A stretch of 63,804 nucleotides of DNA, filler included, from Chiloscyllium plagiosum (taxonomy: Eukaryota), in the NCBI RefSeq assembly GCF_004010195.1. It is 5 parts of one record of this genome, joined end to end, with 100 filler letters (N's around TTAATTAATTAA, not from the genome) between each part and the next. Parts side by side here need not be neighbours in the genome. Positions count along the whole stretch, not along the records: positions 50,742 to 59,976 come from NC_057714.1; positions 60,077 to 63,804 come from NC_057714.1; 3 more parts are not named here. The stretch is one strand, 5' to 3'. Positions 52,868-63,408 of this stretch are shown piece after piece; position 1 is the first letter of the stretch; each line of letters opens with the position of its first letter. The notes under the pieces are model-generated. The model was given only the letters and a program-made list of their open reading frames with translations, was not told the DNA's origin and ran no database searches. A program made the translations under genes and the position numbers.

Positions 52868-52983
52868 TTGGAGATGCCGGTGTTGGACTGGGGTGTACAA
52901 TCACCTGATGAAGGAGCGTCGCTCCGAAAGCTAGTGTACTTCCAATTAAACCTGTTGGACTATAACCTGGTGTTGTGTGATTT
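52868..52983 (+). mobile_element. PLE-derived short element with a structurally complete minimal hammerhead, 13-bp TSD
   Basis: TSD ttaaattattgaa 52855-52867 / 52984-52996; see the ncRNA call. Confidence 0.8.
52895..52939 (+). ncRNA. Putative minimal type-I hammerhead ribozyme
   Basis: Stem I cac/gtg (extendable gta/tac across a 4-nt bulge), core CUGAUGA 52905-52911, extra A, stem II GGAGC-guc-GCUCC, GAAA, palindromic AGCU, predicted cleavage after UA at 52933. Confidence 0.7.
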
Positions 52984-54184
52984 TTAAATTATTGAAAACT
53001 GTTATTTTGTTGAATGATAGATATGAGGTAAAGTTTTTGAATGCTGTGATTAGGTAGTGGAAGAAACATTTGTGAGAACCTTTGGCCACTTGATGATGAT
53101 ATGCTGACTGTGCCTTTTTACCTTGATCTTTTTACTCTCTGGTGAAAGTAAGAATTGCCACTAAATCTACAGACTAATCTTGGGAGTAAGGTTGATAATT
53201 TTGGTTGATGTATTGCTCTCTGATGCCTGAGTATCTTTGCTTGTGTATGACAATATTTTTAGAAACAAAACCATGGCTAGTTGTATACTCATATCTGTAA
53301 AATTAAACTTTGAAATACTCTGTGCTGAATCTTAAATATTTTTTGCCTAAGTCTGAGTTGTGTTCAATTTTTTTTGTAGCATATCTCATTGTAAGGCTTA
53401 GTGAGTTCTCTTGCTATATCTTATAAAACTCACCTCTAACCATGTCCCTATGCCATCTCCTATGTCTGATTCCCATCCCATCTGATCACGTGATGCTCAC
53501 CAAAAAGCAGATATCCTGGAATTTACTGGGTTCCCTTGTGCATGCACTGTCTCTGGACCTGCCCTACTTTTGTTGACATTTGCCTCTGTATGGGAGGCAA
53601 GATTATGGCAGCCCTGGTGAATGACTTGGTGCCAACACAGGAATTCCCTCTCACCCCAAGTCCAGTTGAGGACACAAAACCAGACTATGTCAGCCTGTTG
53701 CAAGGTTACCACCCAAGTGAAAGCAGGATCAGCCATCTGAAGGAATGCCCAGCACTGTACAAAGAAGATCAATGTCCTTCTTCACTGTGTCACCATCTTC
53801 TCTCTGATATCTCACACGCACTCTATCATTGCTACTGTATCCCCTAAAGTTCATGCTGCACAACTCTCAGTGTTGTCTGTAACATCTTCCCTCAATTGCT
53901 TTTACTCACCCCAGCCCATTGTACCACTAACCATGCATGCCATCTGCCCTGCTATCTCAATTGTTCAGACTCCCTCTCCACTTGCAGTGACAGTAACAGC
54001 TGTGTCACCCACTTTCATCTTCCATAATATGTGCCTCACTCTCATTACATGAGGAAACAGCCCACAATAGTGTAGAAGGAGTCAAGATGGGCATTCACCA
54101 CTGGAGAGGTTTGGCATGCAAGTAGTGCAGTTTGGTAGCTTCACAAGGTTGACACGTCATTTTCAGATATGCCTGGTGCTGCTC

Positions 54185-56770
54185 CTAGCATGCCCGCCTG
54201 CACTCTCTCCTTGCATCAGGGTTGATTCCTGGCTTGATGGTAATAGTTGAGTGGGGGATAGGCTGGACCATGAGGTTACAGATTTTGCTGGAGTACAATT
54301 CAGCTGCTGTTGATGACCCATAGTATCTCATGATGCCAAGTCTTGAGTTGCTAGATCTGTTCAAAGTCTGTCCCATTTAGCTCAGTGATAGTGCCATGCA
54401 AGACAATGAAGGTTATTCTCAATGTGAATCCAGGTCTTCATCTCAAGGACTGTGTCGTGGTTGCTCTTATCGATACTGTCATGGACAGATGTGTCTGCAG
54501 CTGGCAGGATGAGGTCAAGTCAGTTTTTCCCACTGTTAGTTCCCTCACTACCTCCATTGCCACAGACCTAGTCGAGCATCAATGTCCTTTAGGACCTGAC
54601 TAACTTGATCTGTAGTACTGCTGCCGAGCCAGTCTTGCTGGTGGACATTGAAATCCCCTACTCAGAGTATATTTTGTGCCCTTGCCATCCTCAGTGCTTC
54701 CTCCAAGTGTTGTTCAACATGGAGAAGTACCCATTCATCAACTGAGGGAGGACGGCACGTGGTTTAACCTGAAGCCATGAGAATTCATGGGGTCCAGAGT
54801 CAACGACAGGACATATACAACAATGGTGACGGTGGTTCTGTAAGGTGTGATTGCATGAATATGACTAGTCCGTGAGACAGCTCTCTCAGTTTTTGCACTA
54901 GCTCCCATGTATTATTGAGGTGGACTTTGCAGGGTTGACAGGGCTGTTTCTGCCATTGGCATATCTGGTACCTTGGTTGATGCCTGGTGATCCATCTGGT
55001 TCCATTTCTCTGAGCGTTTGTAGCGATTGGTACAACTGGGTGGCTTGCTAGGCTATTTCAGAGAGCAATTGAGAGTCAACCACATTGCTGTGGGTCTGGA
55101 GTCACATGTAGGCCAGACCAGGTGAGGATGGCAGATTTCCTTCCCTGAAGGGCATTAGTGAACTAGATAGATTTCATGGTCATCAGTAGATTCTTAATTC
55201 CAGATTTTTAAAAATTCAATTCAAATTTCACCATCTGCCATGGCAGGATTCAAACCTGTATCCCCAGAACATTGTCTGGGTTCTGGATTAACAGTCCAGA
55301 CTTAGGCAAAACAGTGATAATACCACTGGGCCATAGTCGGTCAAATGCAGCCTTGATGTGAAGGGTTGTCAGTCTCACCACATCTATGGAATTGACCTCT
55401 TTTGTTCATGTTTGAACTGGCCTATAATGAGGTCAAGAGCTGAGTAGTCCTGGCAGGATCCAAACTGTCACTGAGCAAGTTATTGCTGAGCAGGTGTACT
55501 TGATAGCACTATGCTGACAACTTCCATCATTTTCCTGATGATACAGAGTAGACTGATAAGGTAGCAGTTGGCTGGGTTGGATTGACGTGCTTTTTCTATA
55601 GAGCAAGTTTTAATGTTGTGTAGCATCCACAGTGGGTTTCATCTGGGTACATTCTTTTGTGCAAGTGTCATGTTGACTTTTTTTGCAATTAAACCATTTG
55701 TGTTAGTTAACTGAAAAGTACTACTTATTACGCCATTACTGTACATATTGATTATGTGGAGCAGTCTGAATCATAGGTCACAGTTTTAAACTGAAAAGGG
55801 TAGAGAGTTAAGATTTCTTCAAGCAAGGATATCTGTCTGTTGTGGTAGGCTTGTAATTACTGACATAATTGATGGAGCATGGACTCTAGTGTCAGGAATT
55901 CAATATAAGAAGCCCTGAACTTAAGTGGTTCATTTTCAGTGTAAAAGATGTTACAGATTTCCCTGGCATGCAGGTTAATGAACTGAGAATCAGTGGGACT
56001 TTTGAATCATCCACATCCTCTGGGGAAGCTGAGGAGTTGTCTTTTTTTCATTTATTCATGGATGAGACATGGGCATTTTTGATTGGGCAGCATTTATTGC
56101 CAGCCCCTGGTTGCCCTTCAGAAGGTGGTGATGAGCTGCCTCCTTGAACCACTGCAGTCATATGCTGCAGATAGATCCACAATGTTATTCAGGAGGAAAT
56201 TCTGGAAGGATGGTGAGTGGTTTGGAGTGGAACTTTGCAGGCGGCGGTGTTCCCATGTATTTCATCTCCTTATCCTTCTAGATAGAAGTAGTTGTGGGTT
56301 TGGAAGGCGCTGGCTAAGGATATTTGGTGGATTTCCGCAGTGCCACTTGAAGATTAACACACATTGCAGCTACTGAGTGTTAGCAATGGAGGGTGTGGAT
56401 ATGGTATCAATCAAGCAGACAATTTTGCCCTGGATGGTGGCAACCTGTTGGATCTACACTCATCCAGGCAAGTGGGCAGTATTCCAACACACTTCTGATT
56501 TGTGCCTCGGAGATGTTGGACAAGCTTTGGAGAGTCAGGGGGTCAGTTACTAGTTGCAATATTCCTAGCCTCTGACCTGCTTTTGTAGCCACTATATTTA
56601 TATGGTGAGTCCAGTTGGATGTCTGGTCAATGGCAATGCTTAGATGTTTATAGTGGGAGATCCAATGATGATAACATCTGTGAATGTCAAGGAATGGTTG
56701 TTTGATTATCTGTTATTGGAGGTGATCATTGCCTGGCATTTCTGTACTGCAAATGTTACTTACTACTAGT
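54185..56770 (-). mobile_element. Fragmented L2/CR1-like LINE copies (tRNA-like 5' head at 55020-55335, endonuclease and RT remnants, 3' end at about 56050)
   Basis: KAGQRLGILQLV...LTLQSLSNI.EAQIRSVLEYCPLAWM RT C-terminal motif; cagcatttattgcc...gaaggtggtgatgagctgcc 3' end, also seen at 36430-36515 and 59695-59850. Confidence 0.75.
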
Positions 56771-57588
56771 CTCCTTTTCCTGTTGTGAGTTCCACTCTTT
56801 TCTGTAGTTGGTTAGAATGCACTGCACCATAATTATATCCAAGATGCTTGAAGAGCTGTATTAAAAGTTTTCCCCAGACCAATCAAGGCACCAGAACTAC
56901 ATTTTAAGCAAGCCAATGGCCTATTCAATAGTCGTACTGGATGTCAAATGGCTGTGGTTGTATCTGTTGTGATCCTGTGATGTGGTTCCACACTGACATT
57001 CTCAGCCATGTTTTCAATGGATACCTCATTGTCACCCAGGAGTATCTCGAAAGACTGACCAGTTGTCAAGATACCTGTAATTGCCTAACTACGATTGTAC
57101 CTTTTAAAAAAAAGTGCCAAACTCAGCAGGTTTGGCAGCATCTGTGAAGCAAGAAACAAAGTTAATGTTTTGAGTCCATTACGGCTCATCTTACGACAAC
57201 TTGCCAGCTACCTGGGAACTGTGCATGCGTGCAAGATTCCTTTGCAATGGATTACTAAGTGCATGTTGAAGTTGGTGGAATTTCCTTCCATCTAGAAACA
57301 TGTTGCTGCTGTGACAGTGCCTTCATTGCTACATGGGTACAGCTTATCATACCACTTGAAGGAAGCCTGATAAATTATATCTTTTAAAAAGGGCAATGTT
57401 GTTCAATTATTTCAACTGATGACATTAATCCACTGGATAAATCAAAATGATCAGAAACACCAATTTTTATCCTACAAACTAGTACTTTGTTTTGTGGAAA
57501 GGTGCATTTTTAGTTCCTTCGTTGGTTCTCCTCTGGATCGTTTAAAAAAGCATCAGCAACATTTCAGGGATGGAGCCTTCATACTTAC

Positions 57589-57690
57589 AGAAACTGCAGG
57601 ATTTGTCCTTGCTTTTCATCAAGTCCGCGCTCATCTCGGAGACAGAATATGTAATAGAACACGGTTGCAAATCTCTTTGCCACGCGAATT
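57589..57690 (-). CDS. Candidate exon of an unknown minus-strand gene (ATG at 57634: MSADLMKSKDKSCSF + phase 1)
   Basis: Minus strand shows a strong acceptor (ttttttttccctttacag|) and a consensus donor (|gtaagt); 102 nt; non-repetitive; G at -3 of the ATG. Confidence 0.55.
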
Positions 57691-57779
57691 CTGTAAAGGG
57701 AAAAAAAAACGCTGCTTAAAATGGGACGGAGGAGCAGAGAGTGGTGAAGGGTTTTGCCAACAAACCGAAAAGTCTCAGG

Positions 57780-58088
57780 TGAAGTGGAAATTCCGGAGGA
57801 CTCGGCCAACTTTAATTTCTCTTTTGTAGGCGGCGAACGAGATTAGCACATGGCTTCTGTGTAAAATTAATGATTCGGGGCGGGTGAAAAGAATGTTTTG
57901 TTTTGTAACAAGATAACCCCGGTGCAGGGCTGCACGCAAGTGGAGTGAGCGGTCTGGTTTGTGCAGGGTGCTGGAGGTGGGTGTGTGTGTGTCTCTCCTC
58001 CCCTCCCCTCCCCTCCCTCACTCCGTGTGCCCGCCCCCGCCCCGCTTCCTCCCTCCCTCCCTCCCGCCGCCTGGACCCATGTAGCACC
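57780..58088. promoter_or_regulatory. GC/CpG-rich putative bidirectional promoter and 5' UTR of the JAZF1-family gene
   Basis: Local CpG enrichment in otherwise CpG-poor DNA; GC boxes (ggggcggg about 57877, cccgcccccgccccgc about 58030-58045); pyrimidine/C-rich leader; lies between the JAZF1 ATG and a minus-strand exon. Confidence 0.7.
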
Positions 58089-58203
58089 ATGACAGGGATC
58101 GCCGCCGCCTCCTTCTTCTCCAATACCTGCCGCTTCGGGGGATGCGGGCTGCAGTTCCCCAGCCTGGGGGAGCTCATCGAGCACATCGAAGACAACCACA
58201 TCG
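58089..58203 (+). CDS. JAZF1: JAZF1-family C2H2 zinc finger protein, first coding exon (MTGIAAASFFSNTCRFGGCGLQFPSLGELIEHIEDNHI, phase-1 donor)
   Basis: Peptide matches the recognisable JAZF1 N-terminus with C-x4-C...H-x4-H finger. CACC-ATG context; 115 nt ending ATC G|gtaggc. Differences from mammalian HFPTLAD (here QFPSLGE) leave orthologue versus paralogue open. Remaining exons were not found and probably lie beyond the window. Confidence 0.95.
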
Positions 58204-58268
58204 GTAGGCCGTGAGGAGGAGGGAGAGGGAGAGGGAGAGGGAGGGGGGGGGGTGCAGGGGTTGAACGG

Positions 58269-58928
58269 NNNNNNNNNNNNNNNNNNNNNNNNNNNNNNNN
58301 NNNNNNNNNNNNNNNNNNNNNNNNNNNNNNNNNNNNNNNNNNNNNNNNNNNNNNNNNNNNNNNNNNNNNNNNNNNNNNNNNNNNNNNNNNNNNNNNNNNN
58401 NNNNNNNNNNNNNNNNNNNNNNNNNNNNNNNNNNNNNNNNNNNNNNNNNNNNNNNNNNNNNNNNNNNNNNNNNNNNNNNNNNNNNNNNNNNNNNNNNNNN
58501 NNNNNNNNNNNNNNNNNNNNNNNNNNNNNNNNNNNNNNNNNNNNNNNNNNNNNNNNNNNNNNNNNNNNNNNNNNNNNNNNNNNNNNNNNNNNNNNNNNNN
58601 NNNNNNNNNNNNNNNNNNNNNNNNNNNNNNNNNNNNNNNNNNNNNNNNNNNNNNNNNNNNNNNNNNNNNNNNNNNNNNNNNNNNNNNNNNNNNNNNNNNN
58701 NNNNNNNNNNNNNNNNNNNNNNNNNNNNNNNNNNNNNNNNNNNNNNNNNNNNNNNNNNNNNNNNNNNNNNNNNNNNNNNNNNNNNNNNNNNNNNNNNNNN
58801 NNNNNNNNNNNNNNNNNNNNNNNNNNNNNNNNNNNNNNNNNNNNNNNNNNNNNNNNNNNNNNNNNNNNNNNNNNNNNNNNNNNNNNNNNNNNNNNNNNNN
58901 NNNNNNNNNNNNNNNNNNNNNNNNNNNN
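58269..58928. other. Sized assembly gap (660 N) in the G-rich start of JAZF1 intron 1
   Basis: Run of N. Confidence 0.99.
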
Positions 58929-59179
58929 GGGGGGGAAAGGCATGGGGGCAGGGTTGTGAGGGTAAGTGGGTGAAGTGTGAGAACAGTTATAGGAGGAGGA
59001 GCAGGAGAGTGGAAAGGGGTGGAGTGTGACAGAGGGTGATGAGGGTATGAAAGATCTTCCAAAATGTATGGTATGGATGAGGAGGGTTGGAGAAATGGAA
59101 TTTAAGGAGAAGGAACACACATAGGTGTCAGCAGAATTGGTTTTGGGATGTGGATTTGAATGAAGGGAGCAGCTTCTGG

Positions 59180-59580
59180 GTCCTGGAGCATCAGAGGCTG
59201 AGGGGTGACCTTATAGAGGTTTACAAAATTATGAGGGGCATGGATAGGGTAAATAGGCAAAGTCTTTTCCCTGGGTCAGCGAGTCCACAACTAGAGGGCA
59301 TAGGTTTAGGGTGAGAGGGAAAAGATATAAAAGAGACCTAAGGGGTGACTTTTTCACAGAGGGTGGTATGTGAATGGAATGAGCTGCTAGAGGAAGTGGT
59401 GGAGGCTGGTACAATTGCAACATTTAAGAGGCATTTGGATGGGTATATGAATAGGAAGGGTTTGGAGGGATATGGGCCGGGTGCTGGCAAATGGGACTAG
59501 ATTGGGTCGGGATATCTGGTTGGCGTGGACGGGTTGGACCGAAGGGTCTGTTTCCATGCTGAACATCTCTATAACTCTAT
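59180..59580 (+). mobile_element. Young CR1 3' end in JAZF1 intron 1
   Basis: Nearly identical to 1553-1950. Confidence 0.9.
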
Positions 59581-60076
59581 AAGTGGGGTTGAAGGCATGG
59601 TTCAGGAGAAAAGGGTTTGGGTAGGTGATGTGGGAAACTAGAGTACAGGTGGGCATGGCGGCGAATTGTGAGGGTAATGCATAAGATAACTTTTTTATAT
59701 TCACTTGTGGGATGTGGACATCACAGGCTGGGCCAGCATTTTTTGCCTGTCTCTACTGGCCCTTGAGAAAATGATGGTGAGCTATTTCAGTTCATATGTT
59801 GTAGGTAGACCCACAGTGCCCAATGGGGAGGAGTTCAAGGATTTTGACTGGGAGGAAGGGGTCAATGTGGGGCAGTGAGAGATGGAGTCAGTATGGAATA
59901 GGTGACAATCGGGGAGTGAGAATATGGGCCAGTGGGTATGTGGGGGGAAGGGTTGAATGTGGGAGTGTGCAGGGTTNNNNNNNNNNNNNNNNNNNNNNNN
60001 NNNNNNNNNNNNNNNNNNNNTTAATTAATTAANNNNNNNNNNNNNNNNNNNNNNNNNNNNNNNNNNNNNNNNNNNN

Positions 60077-60612
60077 CTTGCTCTGGGGTTTGGTGTGTCT
60101 TGCCCTGAGGTTTGGTGTGTCTTGCCCTGGGTTTTGGTTGGTCTTGCCCTGGGGTTTGATAGGCCTTGCCCTGGGGTTTGGTGGGCCTTGCTCTGGGGTT
60201 TGGTGTGTCTTGCCCTGAGGTTTGGTGTGTCTTGCCCTGGGTTTTGGTTGGTCTTGCCCTGGGGTTTGATAGGCCTTGCCCTGGGGTTTGGTGGGCCTTG
60301 CTCTGGGGTTTGGTGTGTCTTGCCCTGAGGTTTGGTGTGTCTTGCCCTGGGTTTTGGTGGGTCTTGCCCTGGGGTTTGATAGGCCTTGCCCTGGGGTTTG
60401 GTGGGCCTTGCTCTGGGGTTTGGTGTGTCTTGCCCTGGGGTTTGGTGTGTCTTGCTCTGGGGTTTGGTGTGTCTTGCCCTGAGGTTTGGTGTGTCTTGCC
60501 CTGGGTTTTGGTGGGTCTTGCCCTGGGGTTTGATAGGCCTTGCCCTGGGGTTTGGTGGGTCTTGCCCTGGGGTTAGGTGTGCCTTGCTCTCAGTTTAGGT
60601 GTGCCTTGCTCT
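60077..60612. repeat. G/T-rich minisatellite, 22-bp monomer organised as a 110-bp (5-mer) higher-order repeat
   Basis: Monomer cttgccctggggtttggtgtgt with five variant types recurring every 110 bp (ORF track starts at 60166, 60276, 60386). Confidence 0.95.
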
Positions 60613-62104
60613 CATGAGTGGACCCGTTGAAAATTTGAAATCGGTAGGAATCCTTCAATGCCTGCCACCCCACCTTGATTCGAATTTGCTGTTTCTAACA
60701 GTTCAATGTAAATTCTTATTGGATCATCAAAGACATCAAGTAAAGAGTTGATGCAGCTTTCTGTTTGTCAGCTGCACAATGTTAAAATTTGTTATTTATG
60801 TTGCGTTAAGCTCCAAAGTAACTCCAATGGCATCAGATCAACAGAGTGCATGATTGATGCCATGATCTGCCTGCTCTGCATTCTTCACTGTGGGCATTTT
60901 ACCCTGACCACACTCACTGAAGTGTCTCCAGGCGCAATTAATCCAAAAATTGCAGATGCATGGTGCAAGCGCTATTTTGGAGCAAGAAAGTCACTCATAG
61001 TTCCCAAAAAAAAGTCCGATGCAATCAATCTCAGTTTCTCAGCAATAATTAATTTCCTGCTCGCAGGAGATATGACCATTTTGCTGTGATGGAGCTCCTG
61101 TGGTTAAGATAGTTACTGACATTTACCTTAGATGTTAATAAACGAGTAGAACATGTGTACAAATATCAACTTAATTTCGATATAGATAAATACGAACTGA
61201 TGCATTCTCGTCAACAGTATATCCTTGGAAAATTGCGACTGAAATTAACTCTCTCACTGTCACAGATTGGCAGGTGGGCATGGAATTGGGCACAATGCCA
61301 ATAATGCCTATCCAGTCACCTGTTGCTGCTGCCTCTGTTCTATGTGCAGTGAGGATAGTGCTAATTGGCACAGACACCCAGGAGCTTCTTTCTGGTTCAC
61401 ACTGCAATGTTTCTTTCCCCACAGTAGGCATGGGAGAAGCCATGCAGCTTTCACAACTCAGGCTGGCATTGGATGAGATGAGGGAGAGGAGGTAACTCCT
61501 CTATTGGATGCCTGGGCGATCAGACATCCCCTGCATCCTCTCGAGGTTCCCCTTCCACCCTCTATCATTCCTTCCCCCACCCACCCAGCAACGTGTCCAT
61601 CTCAGGCCCTTTGTCCTCCCTTCCCAAATCCAAGGGAGGGTGACAAACTGGGGGTCAAAATTCCAGGTAGGAGGCACCATCCAGAGGAAGGTTGGATGGA
61701 CAGACTGACATACACTCCTTCCCTGCTCTTTCACCTGAGGCAGGTGAAGCAGTAGCAGGCTGCACTCTTCCATTCTGACTTCTCCAGTCATTCATTGTCC
61801 AGTTAAGGGCCTAAATTCAGGCAGCTAGGCTACGGGCTCACCCATTCATGATATATTGGGGATAGGTCAGGGGTGACAACCCTGTTTTACATGCCCTCCC
61901 CATTGCCTCCCCCCCCCAACCATCTGCAAATATGCCATCCAATAAGGGACTCAAATCATTAAATCATTCACTAAGTGTCTAAATGAAATAGAGAAACAAA
62001 GGGATCTACAAGTCAAATTTAAATCACTCACTAAATGTAGAGGCATTAGTAACATCAAAACAAACAAAATACCATGATTCATTTTTAGAGTGAGTAATTG
62101 ATAA

Positions 62105-62862
62105 ATGGTGTTCTATGTGTTTTGAACACTTTGACCAGTTTATGCATTAGAAATGCTTTAACCAAGTGCTCTTGTTGGTGAGGTGGACAAAGGGACACAG
62201 AATTTGGTTTGAAGTTCAACTCAATTTTATTAACAAATATTCCTTATCAAAAACACCATGTGAGCATTTCCCAAATTCCCACCATATTTACTGTCTATCA
62301 AGCTGTGTCTGTCTGAGAAAGGATATTACCCACAATGCTCCATGTGTTCAAGCTGGGTTGTTGGAATCTTCTTCCTCTCTTCCACAAAGGCAGACCTTAC
62401 CTGTCAGGGCAGATCTTCTCAGGCTGCTGCATGGTCTTCCGTCACGAGTCTTGCTGCAAGTCTTCACTGAGGGCTGGCTTCCAGATGTGGGGTTTTTATG
62501 CCCAATCATATGGATTTCCAGAATATTCTGTGACCTTTGTCCCATAGGTAATGAGCAAGTTCAAAGCATCCAATGGGGTCACTGTTGCCATGCAGGGTAA
62601 GTGTAATGTGCACATTGTCTAGCACGCGGAAGTCAAAGCACCAGAAAGTCCGATCGATACTTCACCAATTCACACCTCTCGGATGATTGTAACCAGTTCT
62701 TCCTGAACCTTGTGATCTCTTTGACCTTGGTTTCTACTGTTCTCTGCAGCCCACAACCGCTGTTTAATTTATTTTGGTCAATTTTCTGTCAGGCCTGATT
62801 TCTCTAACCGTGAGTCAATTTAGAATGTCCAATTTTAGGCTTGTGGTCACTTGACCACCGTG
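62105..62862 (-). mobile_element. LTR-like insertion, antisense to JAZF1, splitting an old CR1 remnant
   Basis: On - strand: CCAAT-like boxes, CATAAAA (about 62494-62500), donor CAG|gtaagg (about 62400), AATAAA (about 62226-62231), ...ccaaca end near 62173; CR1-like sequence on both flanks. Confidence 0.45.
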
Positions 62863-63408
62863 GGGAATTTATGTTCAGCTTGTATAGAACATTAGGAAGG
62901 TAAATCTTGAATCACTATGAACAGATTTGAGTGTAAAATTATAAAAAGGACATAAAGAGAATGTACAAAGCAGACTTGAAGGTGAATCTCATTTTGGCTA
63001 GGTACAAATTGCATCAGGTATTTTGGAGGGACTACTGTTGTGATGCCCAGCAAGATTTCTCACTATATTTTACCAAAGTACCACATTGACTACCTATCCT
63101 CTCCCGTGAAAACCCTAATGTCCGATTCTATCTACATCCTATCACATGCCGTTCCCAGAATAACCCAATAGCTATCTGCTGAAAGACTGGCATTTCTTGC
63201 ATCCATGCCATCTTTAAAAGGTGACTGTGTACTCAGAGGAGCACTGGCATTCTGAAGCTGCCCTGTTTGGTCAAGAGCATTACCAGAAGATGTCAGAGAA
63301 GGGGTCGCAATTCTCTGACAGGGACCGAGTTGAAGGAGTAGGGCTCAGGAAAGATTCCTGAGGACTGCCAGAGGAGGCCTTGCCAACAAAAGCTGGAAAC
63401 CAGGCACG

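Noticed and set aside
57945..58088. N-terminal extension of JAZF1 suggested by the 89-aa ORF
   Set aside because: It begins at GTG in low-complexity leader sequence; the conserved protein starts at ATG 58089.
57812..59120. 416-, 417- and 235-aa ORFs in the track
   Set aside because: They are open only because they run through 660 N.
60095..60598. Hydrophobic W/G/L/V-rich ORFs that look like membrane proteins, and a superficially CRISPR-like periodicity
   Set aside because: Translations of the 22-bp minisatellite; there are no unique spacers and the context is eukaryotic.
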